Assembly (NCBI GenBank): GCA_977017645.1
Contig: OZ360219.1
Span: 7,936,001-8,000,000 of the forward strand
Direction: 5' to 3'
DNA: 64,000 bases
From: Torpedo marmorata
Lineage: Eukaryota
Part shown: one piece after another, positions 1 through 13,510 of the stretch
How positions within the stretch are numbered: the first letter of the stretch is position 1
Layout of the letters: every line of letters starts with the position of its first letter
Translations under genes and position numbers: made by a program
The notes under the pieces: generated by a model
Database searches by the model: none
Seen by the model: the letters and a program-made list of their open reading frames with translations, nothing else
Told to the model about the DNA's origin: nothing

Positions 1-3000
1 TATCCGGAGTAAATCTCGTCCTAATGAGACACAATGGTGCACAAAAAATATATAAGTGACAAAGTGCGTAAAATCCAAGATTACAGCGTCTGGGAAAACT
101 GTTCCTCAAGTGGTTTTTTTTTCATCTGAAATATCTGGCGCTTTGCTACATTGTGATCCTGCGTGCAGACCCATAAAGAGGCAAAAAAAACAACAATTCT
201 ACTCACATATTGTAAATTAAACAATTGAAATGAAAATTCATTTTATTGACCGGAGTTTTCAAAATTGTGTTACTTGAAGCACGTGTCTATCGCAGTTAAC
301 TCTTAATTCAGCAGTGAACTAGCATGAGGGTCGCTCAGTTATATCCTGAAAACTGTCAAATGGATTACAATAAATATGAACAATCTTTTAGTGTTTAAAA
401 TAATTGATATTATTCGATATATGATCTGCACACATTAGCTGTAACCCCTAGTTAATGTACTCGCCGTCATATATCTTTTTGTAATAAATAAAACAATGCC
501 TTTATTTTTAGCAATTTATCGTGTAAGTGCAAAATATTTCCTCAATAATCCTTGACGAGTTTAGTTTTTTTTAATTTAACGCTTTCAATTGAATCAAAAT
601 TATGCTGAAATTTCTTACCCAGGCTCCTTATCTATACAAATGCAAATTAAGGTGAATCCGAAGAATGAGATGATAAATGTTTAATTCCACGCAGCAGAGA
701 TTGTTGCCTTCTAAATGTTGTTATAAAGGTCCCTTATAGTGCAAAGATCGTTTGGGATGACGGAGAATTGAAATTACCATCCTCATAGCTGCTTCAGTAT
801 TATTAAACCACATCTCCTAACATTCAAAGTATTAATATACCTTTGCTCGACTCAGACCTTAAAATATTCTCTAACTTTTCCAGAACCATGAAATAAGGTG
901 AGATCTTAGTTACATACAGTAGCATCAATGACGATACAAATTATTTTTGTTCCACGCTTAAACTATCAAATAGAAACCATGCACTTGTATGTGTGCATGG
1001 TTCGTGTTGTTACTTGAAAGTATTTCTCATTTAAAAAAACGACAAAAAATCAATGTGTATTGGGACATGCCCAATAATCAATCAAAGATGGCAGTAATAC
1101 TGCTGGAATGGGAGGTATATTTTGCCTGGTGTGTAAAAGTTACTCTGTAGAATTTAAAGCGGGCGAAGCTCGCGGAAGTTTGAAGTTCATAATGTTCAGC
1201 TGTTTCACTTTAATAAAGGAGAGCGCACATTACATTGCACGTAACAATCATTTGTTCTGGTGCGAAAGATTTACCGTTACCTAATGTTCTTCCAGTAATT
1301 GTTGTTGTATTTTATTTATTTATTGTAAATTGAACCTTTTAATCAATTGAAGCTGCAAGTTTTCTAAATGCAGATATGAGCAGTGATTACAGTCTGATCT
1401 GTAAAAGCTTATTTATTTTTACTTTAATTGCAATAACCTGTTAAGCGCAATAAAATTATCCTTATCATAACCTTCCGTCATTCTACTCTGATAATATATG
1501 CGTGATAAGGTAGTAGCGTGCATTGGACTGAGGTATAGATTTAACTTCCAATATCACAATCCTGTTCTTTGTAACACTGTTATTCATTTCGAAACCAGTT
1601 TATATCTTTCATGTTATTCGAATGGCGACTAGGTTTGTAGTGCCAAATGCCGCTGGATGTGTTTACCTGTGAAGTGCAAATGAGGTTTGCGCTGCATGTA
1701 TCAGAAATAATTTCCACGAGTTCTATATTCAGGACTTTCTTGGTTTGTTAATATGTTAGGATCAGGGTTCACACGTAAACACGATAAATAGCTGTTGAAG
1801 ACAGGCTGCTTTGAAAATGTACATGTTTCAATTAAATGTAAGTTAATAGCCTGTCCTCATTTCATCAGGCCTGGAGACCAGCAATAGTGTAATTACAGAG
1901 AGTTGAATAGACGCTAGCGCAGACATGGAGTTAGAGTTGCCTGCGGATTGACACATGCTCTACATCTGCTAAAATATATCAGATACAACGTAAAGTTTCA
2001 TCTCTCAGAGAAGAGAAGGTGTTGTTGGCATCCAGCAATGATCTGTTAAATGATGTATGTTTAGGGTAGTTCGTTTGGTAATTAAGAATTTCCCGAGATG
2101 GCCAGGTCACCGCATCTCTCCTATCAGAAATTCTTTCCAAGTGTCCTCTGCGTCGCCAAAGATGACAACACAGCAAATCGATAACTCCTTCAAATGAAAC
2201 AGTCTGCTCGCTACCCCCGAGGCTGCATATGTCAGTTCCTTAGCCTGATGTGAAGTTAGCAGATTCCGCTGCACCTTCTCCCTGAGAAAGACGCGTTCTG
2301 ATAAAGGTAATTCCTTAATTAACAGAAAATGAACATTATGTGCGGTTGTCGGGAGATTTTTTTTGTTGTATAAATTGCATTTTGGCGCCGATCCAATGAT
2401 TATGAGAATCCTTGAAAGGTGTATTGGGTGCCTTTTACTAAACAGACTAATCTATACTTACACCAGTTTAAAAGATAAATGCATTAGGCTATATACGGAT
2501 GTACTTCACAAGCTCGGGTTTCCGTTATGTAAACAGAGGGCGTTCCGGAAGAATAATTTTGAACCTGAGCTTTATTAGCCTGTTTGAAATGATTTACTAT
2601 AATTCAGCAGGAACTGTGCGTCCGAATGAGCCTCTTTTTGTTATACGCAGAGATGATTTACACCGTTGCTTTAAGCAGGTTCTGCGGGGTAATGGAAATA
2701 AGCAATTGTGTGGGTTGAAATAATTATTCCATTGATTTTAATGGAATTTAGTTCCGAACTGGTGGCTATCAAATTAAAATCGTGAGATCCGTGGAAATGC
2801 GGGCAGAATGGACTTCAGGACGAATCTTAATCCTCCCACTACCCAACCCAAGTTACTATTTTCCGTAATTTGTATTTAACAGTCACTGGGCTGTATTCAG
2901 TAGGTGCACTCAATACATGCATAAATATAAGCGAACTTAACCCTATGGTGTGGGTGTGTGTGTGGTGGGGTGGGGGGGGGGGGTGTTGGCGGAATCCGTA

Positions 3001-4560
3001 TGAAGCTGAAATGGAAAACACCTCTGGGTTGCTGTTATTTCTGGATGCACGTTCAAAGCTCTTTTGTATCAGCTTTTAGTTTAAACATTCAACAAAGATG
3101 CGGTAACACATATTCGAAAAAAGTGTATAAAGTACTACTCCTTTACTGCCTCTAATTATGTTAGGATGTCCTGGTTTAAAAGAAATCCTCCTTTCTCTAG
3201 CGGCCTGTCTAATGTTTTATCCCTTGGTGATTAGGGGTATTAATTTGTTGTTTAATGGGGGTATGACTAAAAATGTAAAAGAAGGATTAAGGGGGTGAAA
3301 CGTATGTATAGCTCCTTCGACACACTCGAGATCCGAGTGAGAAGCATTCTGTATCTTATGTTTCTCTGTGGTATATTTGCATTTTACACCAGATGCTCAT
3401 TTAAGCTGCCTGAAACAGGCGAATCGAATTAAACACGTATGACAGAATGGCGGGATAGCCGGTCAGCGAGAAAGCGAAAAAAAGAGAGATTACGGAGATT
3501 GTTAGTTTCTGTAGCTGGTTCATCTTGATTTAACGAGAGTTGGTAAATAAACTAATTGATTGAAAGAACCTCTTTTGATATTCTGGTTTAGTTAGCATTG
3601 CTTTCCATTTCCATTTTACTTTTTTTTAAACTTTGCAAACATTCTCAATATCCTTGATTTTATATAATTGCCGAAGGAATGTTGCAACCTGCTGGGTAGA
3701 TTTTTCCCCATAAACCCAGCGGAGAATGTTGAAGATAAGTAACTTTTCTCAGAATTCATTAATTAGGAACATCCTGAAAATAAATTTGCAAGAACGATTG
3801 CGGCATATTCTTCTAAATTTCTAACATTTTAGCAATGGATCATTCTATCTTTCACCTCGCAGCCATGGAAACAAAATTAGACATTGGCAATTGCATATTT
3901 TATTGGAGTTCTGATCTTGGAATTGTCAGTCATTGTACAAATCAACATGCAGAGAACCGTGGCTGAAAAAATCTATTGTGGCAGGCGAATTAAACCCTAA
4001 ATTCCCTCGAATAATAAATATTAACCTTCCCACAAACAAGTACTCTTATTCCAAGGTAGTATTTTTTTTAATAACCTATTATTTTCAGGCGAGAACACTT
4101 GATTATACCTTTCGATTTCGTCTAATAATAACTAAATTGCATAAAATAATGTATATCCTCTTCTTAATTTACCACAATAATACGTTGCATTTAGCAGGCA
4201 AAAAGAAAATTAATTTACCAGTACATTTTGGCATAGATTAGAAAGTACTGCTCGAAGATTCGTGAACCTTACTTTTGTTCCATTAAAGTACGAACACAAC
4301 TACAAGTTTGTTTTTTCCCCTGCAACTTTGCACTAAAATTCTGATGTCCAAATGAGTTTGCAGGTTTGGTTTAACCGGACACTAAAATTTGACAGAAACA
4401 TTTGGTTTTTTTTTTGTTGTTCATTGCTTCGGTTTTTTCAAAGTGGAATCTTACGGCAATAGAAGGATTTGTTCTTTTGAGGGTTTGCAAACTAAATCCC
4501 AAAGGCCCGGTCTCTCTCTTTAAACCTCTCTGACTTCTTGCGAGATATTGGAATCTATCC

Positions 4561-4810
4561 TGACGTCACGGCTTTCCAAAATAGACAGGGCAATAGATCG
4601 TAAAGAATCCGGTGGGGCGGTGGGGGTGGTGGGGGGGGGGGGGGGGTGGGGTAAAGAGCGAGAGATGGAGAGAGAGAGAAACACAAGGCGCCTAAGCGGA
4701 AGCTTCAGTTGATTTCACTTTGTATAATCTTTCAATTTTGCATCTGTTGTCGGTAGAAATCCAACGAGAACTACACACACCCAAAAAAAAAGCCTCTCAG
4801 CTTCTGTCTG
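4561..4810 (+). promoter_or_regulatory. pitx2: Candidate pitx2a/b promoter and non-coding first exon
   Basis: CRE TGACGTCA 4561-4568, GC box GGGGCGG 4614-4620, long G-run, and strong donor TG|GTAAGT at 4811 (a second CG|GTAAGT lies near 5095). It sits upstream of the a/b coding exon, where Pitx2 has non-coding 5' exon(s). The TSS is not determined. Confidence 0.4.
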
Positions 4811-7469
4811 GTAAGTGGAGGCGTCCTTCATCAGCTGTGAGATAATGCAAGTCTGAGAATTCGTTCCACTTTCCCATTTCCCCGCTTGTGTGATTTGTAA
4901 CTGGGATCACCATTTTACTGGTCTTTGCATTTCCCCGCACAATCAAATACGTGATTAGTTCTACGGTTTCACTTTGCTGCAGACCTTGGGTCTGTACAGT
5001 TACTGTAAAGGGAAGGGAGAAAGAGAGAGTGTGGAGTCTGAAAAAAATGCAATTTCCTTACAACTCCCACTCCGTCCCCCAGTGGCAGCACCCGGTAAGT
5101 TCTGCGGGCTCTTTATACGTATTTTATTATTTTTAAAAAGGTCTGCAAGTTTCGAGAAATTGGTTTAACGCGATTGTAATCTCATCAAACAGAAACGGCC
5201 ACACCATAGATGCTTTCGGGTCACGGTGCGGGAGCCCGCGAGGATTACTGCGCAAAGTGTAAAGTGGGCCTTGTTATTTCGGCAGTGATTGAACTAAAAA
5301 CTTGGCTTGTCCTCCGGTGCAATGCGTGTTCCGTTTAGTTGGGGAAGAATTAACAACTTTGCAAGGTGTAACAAATTGCGCGCAATGTCCGCGAAAAGCA
5401 CTCAAAGCAAAAAACTATGTGTCCACTACAATATCGGTGAAATCCACGAGTTCCTCACTGTGTGTACCCGTTCTTAACCATTACAGTATATCATCTATTC
5501 GTCTTATTTTATGTTATGTTTCAAGCTGGGGGTTGTTTTTTTTTAAATTCTGGTGGCACTTGGCCTTCACTTTCACCTGATTTAATTTACGTTTTGATTT
5601 CCACAAATCCAACAAGCCCGGATAAATTCAGCAGAGAACTATTGATCGAACTGCTATTTGCAACCCCACTTGCACAAAACAGAAAAAAAAAACGGAGTAA
5701 TTATTTGCAATTCGGGCAAATCTCTGATATCATGTTCAGACATCATGTGAAATTTAATAAATTCAGAAATATAGAAATAGGATGTAAACAAAAATGCACA
5801 CGCCAACTTCGCGCCGGACGCTGAAGCTTGTTCAGATTAATTCTGAAAAATAAATACAGATGTTTAGTTAATGTAGGGGGAGTTGGTGGAAATTATTTGA
5901 TAGTTAAGATTTATGATAATTCGCATAGTTCATTTAATTTACGAAGTTTATGATCCGCAAGGTGTGCTTTTAGCAATGATTAACGAGCATGCGGTTGGTT
6001 GTAATTGCGAAATCTTAAGAAGGATTAATGCAAAGGATGGCAGCAAGCAAGAAAACAGGACAATAATGGTTCTTTTAATGTTGAAAACAATTATATTGAA
6101 GCTATTTGGTTTCTTAATATAATTGAGAATTAAATATACATGGTTATATTGAATTCCACTGCTTACATTTTCCATTATATTTAATTGCGAATCGTGGTGT
6201 TTTCACGCGCTTAAACAACATTTATTACTTCTTCCTATCGTCTTTGTTGTGAAATATAGCTTGTACAGATAATGTTAAGTTTTTAAGTCACTTGCGCGCA
6301 AAATGTTGATGAAATTATTAACGTTGTAAGCAACTTGTTGAAATCCAAAATTAATTGCAGAGAAATGCGCAGAATTTTAAGGGGAATATTGGAAATCTGG
6401 TTTTACCTTTCGGTTTCATGCATTTGTTATTTCATTTGGCTAATTATTCCTACTCTCCAACGCAGCAACCCCAGCACTGTTGCAAGGAGACAATTTAGTT
6501 CCAGATAGATTTGAAAAGCTGCGAAAAAAAAACGATTACCATGATGATGACATGCAAATTTTTTTAGAATTATCATAAGCAAACATCTGAAGCCTGGACT
6601 AATAAAATCCCATCTGTGTTACTTCATATCGAGTTAGTCCACCGCTCTGATAATGAATTTTGTAATATCCCACCGACAGACATCTCAATCAGATACTAAT
6701 CCTGTGATTTTACTGCGGAATCACTAAATATCCAACAGGCAAACTGTCGTACTTTGGCACTTGTGGCCGTGTCTGCGCCTATAGTTTATAAAACAAGAAA
6801 CAGATTAAATCGTGTGAAATCGCTCGGATTTGGAATGAGATTGATTACAAGAATTTGACAGCCAAGAATCCTCTATTCTTGTTGAATGTGCAGTAAAATT
6901 GCTGTTCGCTGTGGAGTTGAAGTGCAGCTTGAGAAGATGGGTGAATTAGCAACATAATTCACAATGCCAAATTGGCTCTTCAATGTATATGTTCGATTAT
7001 TTAATAAAGAAATATAAAGAAACATATATTGATGTTTTTTTCTAAAAACATACACAAATAAAATGCTCGAAATCCTCATCAGCATTTGATTTTGATTGTT
7101 TTCCAGTTTCAAATGGAGAATTAATGACGTTCGAAACAAACGGAACAAATTATATTATGTTCAATTAGCATGATATTTGTTAATTCAAATTATATATTTA
7201 TAAACCCACCGCTGGTAAAATGGAAATTGTAGTTGTTATAGGATTGAATATAGTTTATGCATTTCTGATCGTATTTACGAGCGACGTTTATTAGATTACA
7301 CTTTTCGCTGCAGGTTGTGTCTTTCCATATTCTGACAACGTGTTTTCATATGGCTGAGATTTATAAATATCATACAGTGTTTACCCTCCGTGTCAAAATG
7401 TGTTATGTAGATCCTGATAGTAAATCTTGTGAAATTTTCTCCCCAGAAAAATCTCTGAGTGGTGATATT

Positions 7470-7506
7470 ATGGATTCCAACTGCCGAAAGCATTGCGTCG
7501 AACTAT
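7470..7506 (+). CDS. pitx2: Pitx2a/b first coding exon, MDSNCRKHCVEL plus 1 nt (T)
   Basis: Resembles the Pitx2a/b N-terminus (human METNCRKLVSACVQL). Acceptor TTTTCTCCCCAG ends at 7446 and donor AT|GTGAGT starts at 7507; phase 1. Confidence 0.85.
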
Positions 7507-9533
7507 GTGAGTGATGATGTTTTCTTCATAGATACACCAAAATAAATCGGTTAATACAGGTGTAGAATTTTTAGATCATGTAGATTTTACACATTTCGGG
7601 GCGGAATTAGAGCATAGCGTTAAGCGTTAAGCCACTAAAGCTCATTTCTCCTTGAGGCACGCTTTTGTAGCAATACCCATAGACGATATTTCACTTTGTA
7701 TATGACAGTCTAAAATAATATTTTGAAGTACATATCAGCGCTAAGTAACGTCTTTTTTTCCTTGAGCACAAAACAAATCATTCCAGTACTTAATAAAAGC
7801 AAAATTATATTAAAATATTAATATCGACACGCATTGATAAATCTGACGTTATAAAATTTATAAACCTACATTTTTAAAAAATAAAACATCATATTTCGAA
7901 ATACACTACAAATATAGTCATAATCATTTGCAGAAACCAACATGCCAAATGGCGGTGTGGCATTCCGTGTTGGGTGACATCACATTATTTGACGAGCTCA
8001 TGACATCATCTCTCTCCGGGCCAATAATCTGAAACTAAACAGGTCAATTTGCAGATTTGACCAGATATCTATTGCATCACTAAACCATCTATTTGCATTT
8101 ATGTAACAATTCCTAATCTGGTGCCGGCAGTCAGTGCCGTCATCTCGTGCTTGCTGACCTACATTGTCTCACGGTTGAGGAATGCAACTATTTAAAAATG
8201 TTTGTCCTTATTTTCAATTCCTTCCATTGCCTCACTCGTTCCTATCCTTGTCATCTTCCCTTACCTTATAATTATCCAAGTATCGCCAATTCTTGATCTT
8301 GGTCAACCTTGAAATTCATCTCTCCAACCTTAGCTACCAAGAATGTAGGTTTGAAATTAATTTCTGATGAGTTTAGTTCCACTGAACTGAGCCTGAGATC
8401 TTCCAAATTGTAGGCTGCATGCTTCAATTGACACACACGCAGCACTTGATGTGAGGCATGAATGTGAACCAATTGGAGCTTCTGGCCTGAAAGGTCTGTA
8501 GTTGAGGACACTTACTTAGACCAACAGCAGGTGCGCACGTGTGAGTCCAGGTCGCAGGCTTTTCATCCTGTGGTGACCTGAAGTTCACTCTAAATTACCC
8601 GGATGCTCAGTAATTTTCATGATTTCATGAGAGTTCCACCAAATGTGGGAATCTCTCCGAATCTCGTGGTCTCGTTTTCCTTCTTTAAGCCTAGCTCTTG
8701 GACCAAGTCTTTGGTCACCTACACGCATATCTGCTCCGAGGTTGTAAAGGCGCTATATAAACGGATGTTGCTGTTGTTGTTGCGAAGCACATGATGATGT
8801 TATGGTTGACATTAATTAAGGAGACGGCAAAAGACTGGGACGTGGTTATCAAGCCATTTCTTTTTGCAAGCTTCACCTGCACTGCCCAAAGAATTAGGCC
8901 GTCTAGTTTTTGAGAACTGCATTTTGACTTGATTTAGATTTTAAAAGCCATTTATTTTGCAAGCTTCACCAGCACGACTGTATCAAAGTGGGATCATTTC
9001 AGGGTTCCAACAAAAGGCAGGGGACGGGTGTCGAGTGCACGCACTCCAGGATGTTGTGGAGAAGTGTAACGTAAGGAAAGGGGGAAAATACTCTCGATAA
9101 AATAAATGTTTGCGTGAAAAGGCTATTGAAAATAATTCGAAGCAAATGTTTATTTTAAAAATGTAATTTCCGAAGCCAGTGGTGAAAATCTAGCAATAAA
9201 TGCGGCTGACAATGCAGTTTTGTATTCTGGAATTTTGTCGCCGATCCAAAAGGTTAGTTAGAATCTGACTTCTGTAAGAACCTTGCTGCTAATATTGCTG
9301 ACGTGTTTTGAAAGAGCCACTTGACCCCATTCAGACGATTTCTGAAAATGTGGATTGTAAACGTAATGAAGGAGGCTGTTGTTGAAGGATGCATAAATAA
9401 AGTGAATCGGGAGAACAATCTAAATCAATACAAGATTGAGTTGTCAAAAACTGGACGGTCTAATTCTTTGATTGTATATTTATTTCTTGCAATTATTCGG
9501 TCATGTGAATTTCATTTTTGTTTTCCCTACCAG

Positions 9534-9668
9534 CGTCGCCATCCTCTGTAGTGGAGTGTTTATTTACTAAAGACACAGAAATACGAAAATCAGAAATAAA
9601 TCCTGCAACTGAAGCTGGAAACAGCAGAAAAGACAGTAAATTCCTCAGGCATCACCTCGACTCGAATG
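9534..9668 (+). CDS. pitx2: Pitx2b-specific exon, (S)SPSSVVECLFTKDTEIRKSEINPATEAGNSRKDSKFLRHHLDSN(E)
   Basis: 135-nt phase 1-1 exon with acceptor TTTTGTTTTCCCTACCAG and donor G|GTAGG. It resembles human PITX2B exon 3 (AVECLFSKDSEIKK...SKFFPRQHPGAN). Within ORF 9518..9769. Confidence 0.88.
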
Positions 9669-10756
9669 GTAGGCAACACAAAACAGTTCCCTGTATAAAT
9701 CTAATCTCTAAGTATAAAACCGTGGGTTTATTTTACATTGTCAGGTCTAATGCACAATACTATGCGTAACATCATTCACCATATTAAACCACAAAACTGA
9801 ATTCCTCTACATCCTGTGACTCAAACAGAAAGCAATCTTATATGTGCAATCATCACTTTAAAAATTGTGTTGGAGCGACCTCTACAGTATAGGAGACAAA
9901 TGGAAGTTTTAAATTTTAAACTATTACAAGTGTGAAATCCAAATTCAATTTTAAAATCAAACTCTTCCTCGAATAACAGATCTCGGAGGTTATTTAAGTA
10001 ATTCAGATTTGACGAAACTGTAAATCCATATAATTCAGATAATAAAGTATTGAACATTATCTCTCTATTTGATTCTACAATCCGTTTTGGTTTGTGGTCT
10101 TTAAAAAAAATGCTGCTGTAGATTTGGCCACATTAAAAAGATAAAACTTTCTGCAGACGTATAATCTCCAACGTATGATCTTCCATCGGAGTACATCCAC
10201 CGATGCTATTTGGAAAGAAAGCATATATCTAAAGAGAGGATATCATTCCCACAGCCGATCTTGGTATATTTCTTTACACTTTATTTAATGCCCCCTTTAT
10301 GTGCTGCAGTTTGCCAGCTCGATATTGATAGATGCGGCTTCTATCAATATGCCGCAAAACAACGTTAGCTAGTGTTACGTTTTAAGGTATCAAGTTGTGG
10401 GAAACCTTTATTTCTACCTTCTATTCAATGTTCTTTTTAAATATTGTGTATAGAATTGTCTATGGTGCTAACTGCAGTATGACTTAAATTTGCCAATTAA
10501 CTTGGCCCACGTTTACATGAGAATAACGGGTTTAATCTTTGCAACTATCATTCTACCGGATTTACTCTATAGAGACGATTAAAACACGCAGTTAATTATT
10601 TTACAAAGAAAGAATATCACGTGAGCAATTGTGTTTACATTAAAACAGAATTTAAAAGCAAATGATGGTTGCATTTGGAGATGTATTATATTTTAATTTG
10701 ATCTCAAAGCTTTATGGTTACATTTAAGGATTTATTCGAATTATTTTATGATACAT

Positions 10757-10845
10757 GATAGATAGATAGATAGATAGATATAGATAGACAGAGATTGAGA
10801 GATAAAGTATGTTTGTCTAAGCACGTGCGCGTGTGTGTGTGTGTT
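10757..10845. repeat. (GATA)n then (GT)n microsatellites
   Basis: gatagatagataga... at 10757-10790; gtgtgtgt at ~10830-10845. Confidence 0.9.
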
Positions 10846-12159
10846 TATGCGCATGTCTGATGATGCCAAATTCTTTTGTCAGTGTACTGTCTTCATCTTT
10901 TTGCATCCAAGTATCATATTTACACTTTAAACAATCGCATATAAATATTGGTCACTGCTTCATGTTGACTTAATTTACTATGCAGGTAGTCTGACAAATT
11001 TACATTGAGGCTGCCAATCAGTATGTGGATTCCCATGTGTTACATGTTATAACATTTATTACCTCCATGCGAGCGAACAAAATTTCTAAATATAAAATAC
11101 AGATGCACGGTTGTTTGCCTTCTAACCGATGAATTGCGAATAACATAAATTACTTTGTTTGTCGAAGAATGAATCACGCAGCATTTTCTGTTCTAAATCT
11201 AAATGGTTTGTTCTCTTCCGTAATTCTCTCTTTGATGTAACATTGTAAAATGTGATGTATAAAATGTAATTGCAGAGTGGAAAAACTTCTTACTATACTT
11301 CTCGGAAAATATTTCACGAGCATAGCGAGATGCTGGTGAATACATAAATGCATTAGTACACTGTTAATTCCTACGTGTGTCAGAGTAAGGGGTAGAGAGA
11401 AAGCAAATATACATTTGTCAATTACCAATGATAGAAATGTGTCTCCATATAAGGTATTTTTATTGTCGATCTGTTTTGTACAGTCTGCTTAATATATGCA
11501 GCAGTTGTTGGATTGACTCGAGGGAAAACTCGATGTATAATGAAAGCTTATTCGTGAGTAGGAATATACTAATGGAACAATTTGATGTCTTCTTAATCCT
11601 TTGTAAAAAGCTTTGTCGTCTTCCTAATATTGACTGAATGGGTAATTAATGGCTCTTCATCTTGGAGAATACTCAGTAATCCAACATAGGCAAAAGACAA
11701 CAAACCCAAGGAATAAGACAACAAAATAAGCAAAAATCTACCCAAATAGCGCCAAATCATCCACTTAACAGACTACAAGTTCTGGAAGTAATCTTCTAAT
11801 GCATATGTGTACAAATACAGCCAAAACCAGAGGCCATGTCACATCACTAAGAACATTATAATTCGATTCCTTAAACGTCGTGTGATAAATGGAATCTTAA
11901 TGGATCATTTATAAAATGTTTTACTTTTTTTTTATTTGAGAATAATTCTGTGATTATTTCAAAATATTTTTGAACAAATTACAATGCAGATTTTGCAAAC
12001 TGTTTTCCAATCAGATCTTAGTCATACATTATTCGGGAAATTGTTTTCCCCATGCAAGTTCAATTCTCGGTTACGAAAATCACTAGATAAGAAAGTAAAT
12101 ATTTCATTTTGAAAGAAAAAAAATGGACGTTTCAGGGCCAATTGTTCCAACCTATAACA

Positions 12160-12230
12160 TTCAAGACTGTTTCCCTTTCCACGGATGCTGTCTGATTTGC
12201 TGGGTATTCCCAACTTCTGTTGTCTTTTTT
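12160..12230. mobile_element. Short decayed Penelope-derived terminal fragment
   Basis: tttccacggatgctgtctgatttgctgggtattccc resembles the short elements at 42.6 and 60.7 kb. Confidence 0.4.
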
Positions 12231-13149
12231 CCCCTTGGTTTTTACGAATTCCTTCGTGAATTAATATTAACTATTTAGTCTTATTATGCACAATTACTTG
12301 AAGCTGCCACATACGCACAGCACTGGCATACTTTACACAACATTTAAAACAATTCCAGGAACCAGACTAAAACGTGAAATTCAAAGACGTTACGGATGTA
12401 ATTTATAGTGGAATGCTTTAAGGTGGGTTTGAAAGAAAAGATACAAGCTGGTTGCGTTATAGATAAAGGAGTTAATAAGAAGATTAATTTCAGGTGGACC
12501 CATTCCAAGTCCAATTCTCCAATGCAATCATTAGATTTTCTCAAATAGTATAAAAAACAAATATCACAAAACGCTGAACAATGTGTGTTCAACACACCCA
12601 TTTTGTGCTGCCAAATATCCCGAAGTGTTGAAGCCACTTTTTGACGCTTGTTGTCTTCAATAGACAGTATCCTTCCTCCTTTACAGACACAATACAAAAC
12701 ACGTACGTCTGTTTTTCTCGTCTGGTAAAAATTAATAACAATGTTAAGGTTAAAAGTAAAATTTTAGTAATTGATCAAACTTAAATAACAAGGCCGCCAA
12801 TGACACCCTAAGCTTTATTAAGAGGAATCATAAAAGTTAAAGATGTTGCATTGTTTTATATATAGTTTGTCTATCTGTTTGAGGACAAGCATTTTTAAAA
12901 TGAAAACTCAATGAGCATCTTCTTACCCATGGAAAATTAATAAGGTTGTTTTGTCAGCTGACATCCTTCTTAAATATTATGTCACCAGGGAAATTAAAGC
13001 TTCGGCTCAGATTATAGGTCGGTATTTTTTGGATTTATGTGATTTACGGTAACCATGGCAACTAATGCTGAATTTTAGCTCCTCAACTCTCGCCACGAAA
13101 TTTCGTAAAGCTTTAATCAAACGAATGGGGCGTGGGCTTTCACGGTCCG

Positions 13150-13510
13150 GCTCCGTGGCGAATACACAATCCGCCGCTCTTCGGTTTGGCTGTTGGGGAC
13201 GGAGGATGAGGGGGAGTGGGAAGGAGGACCAAAAAAGGTAAACCTTGTAGTTCAATATTAACGTGTTTTTTTTACAGAGGCGTGACAGTAACGTCCATCA
13301 CAACTTTAACTGACCCCCACCTCGCCCATCCAGCATTTGCCCTCGCCAGCCCCGTCCACATCCCAATACACACTAATCCGACTGAACTCCGCACCTCGAC
13401 ACCATCACCACCCGGGGTGTAAATGCTTTTTTTTTTACCAGTGCAAGCAGTCCCGCCCCAATCACACAATTCCTAACCGTCCTTGACAAGTAAGCGAGAG
13501 TCTAATCCAG
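13150..13510. promoter_or_regulatory. Candidate FoxH1/bicoid-site enhancer upstream of the pitx2c promoter
   Basis: AATACACA at 13161-13168 and 13365-13372, TAATCC at 13374-13379 and 13503-13508, in a CpG-rich patch. Confidence 0.45.

Noticed and set aside
1979-7150. Numerous short ORFs upstream of pitx2
   Set aside because: No domain similarity or coherent exon structure; consistent with chance ORFs in AT-rich non-coding DNA.
9349-11031. Isolated TGTGGATT FoxH1 matches at 9349-9356 and 11024-11031
   Set aside because: Single 8-mers without a partner site are expected by chance at this sequence length.
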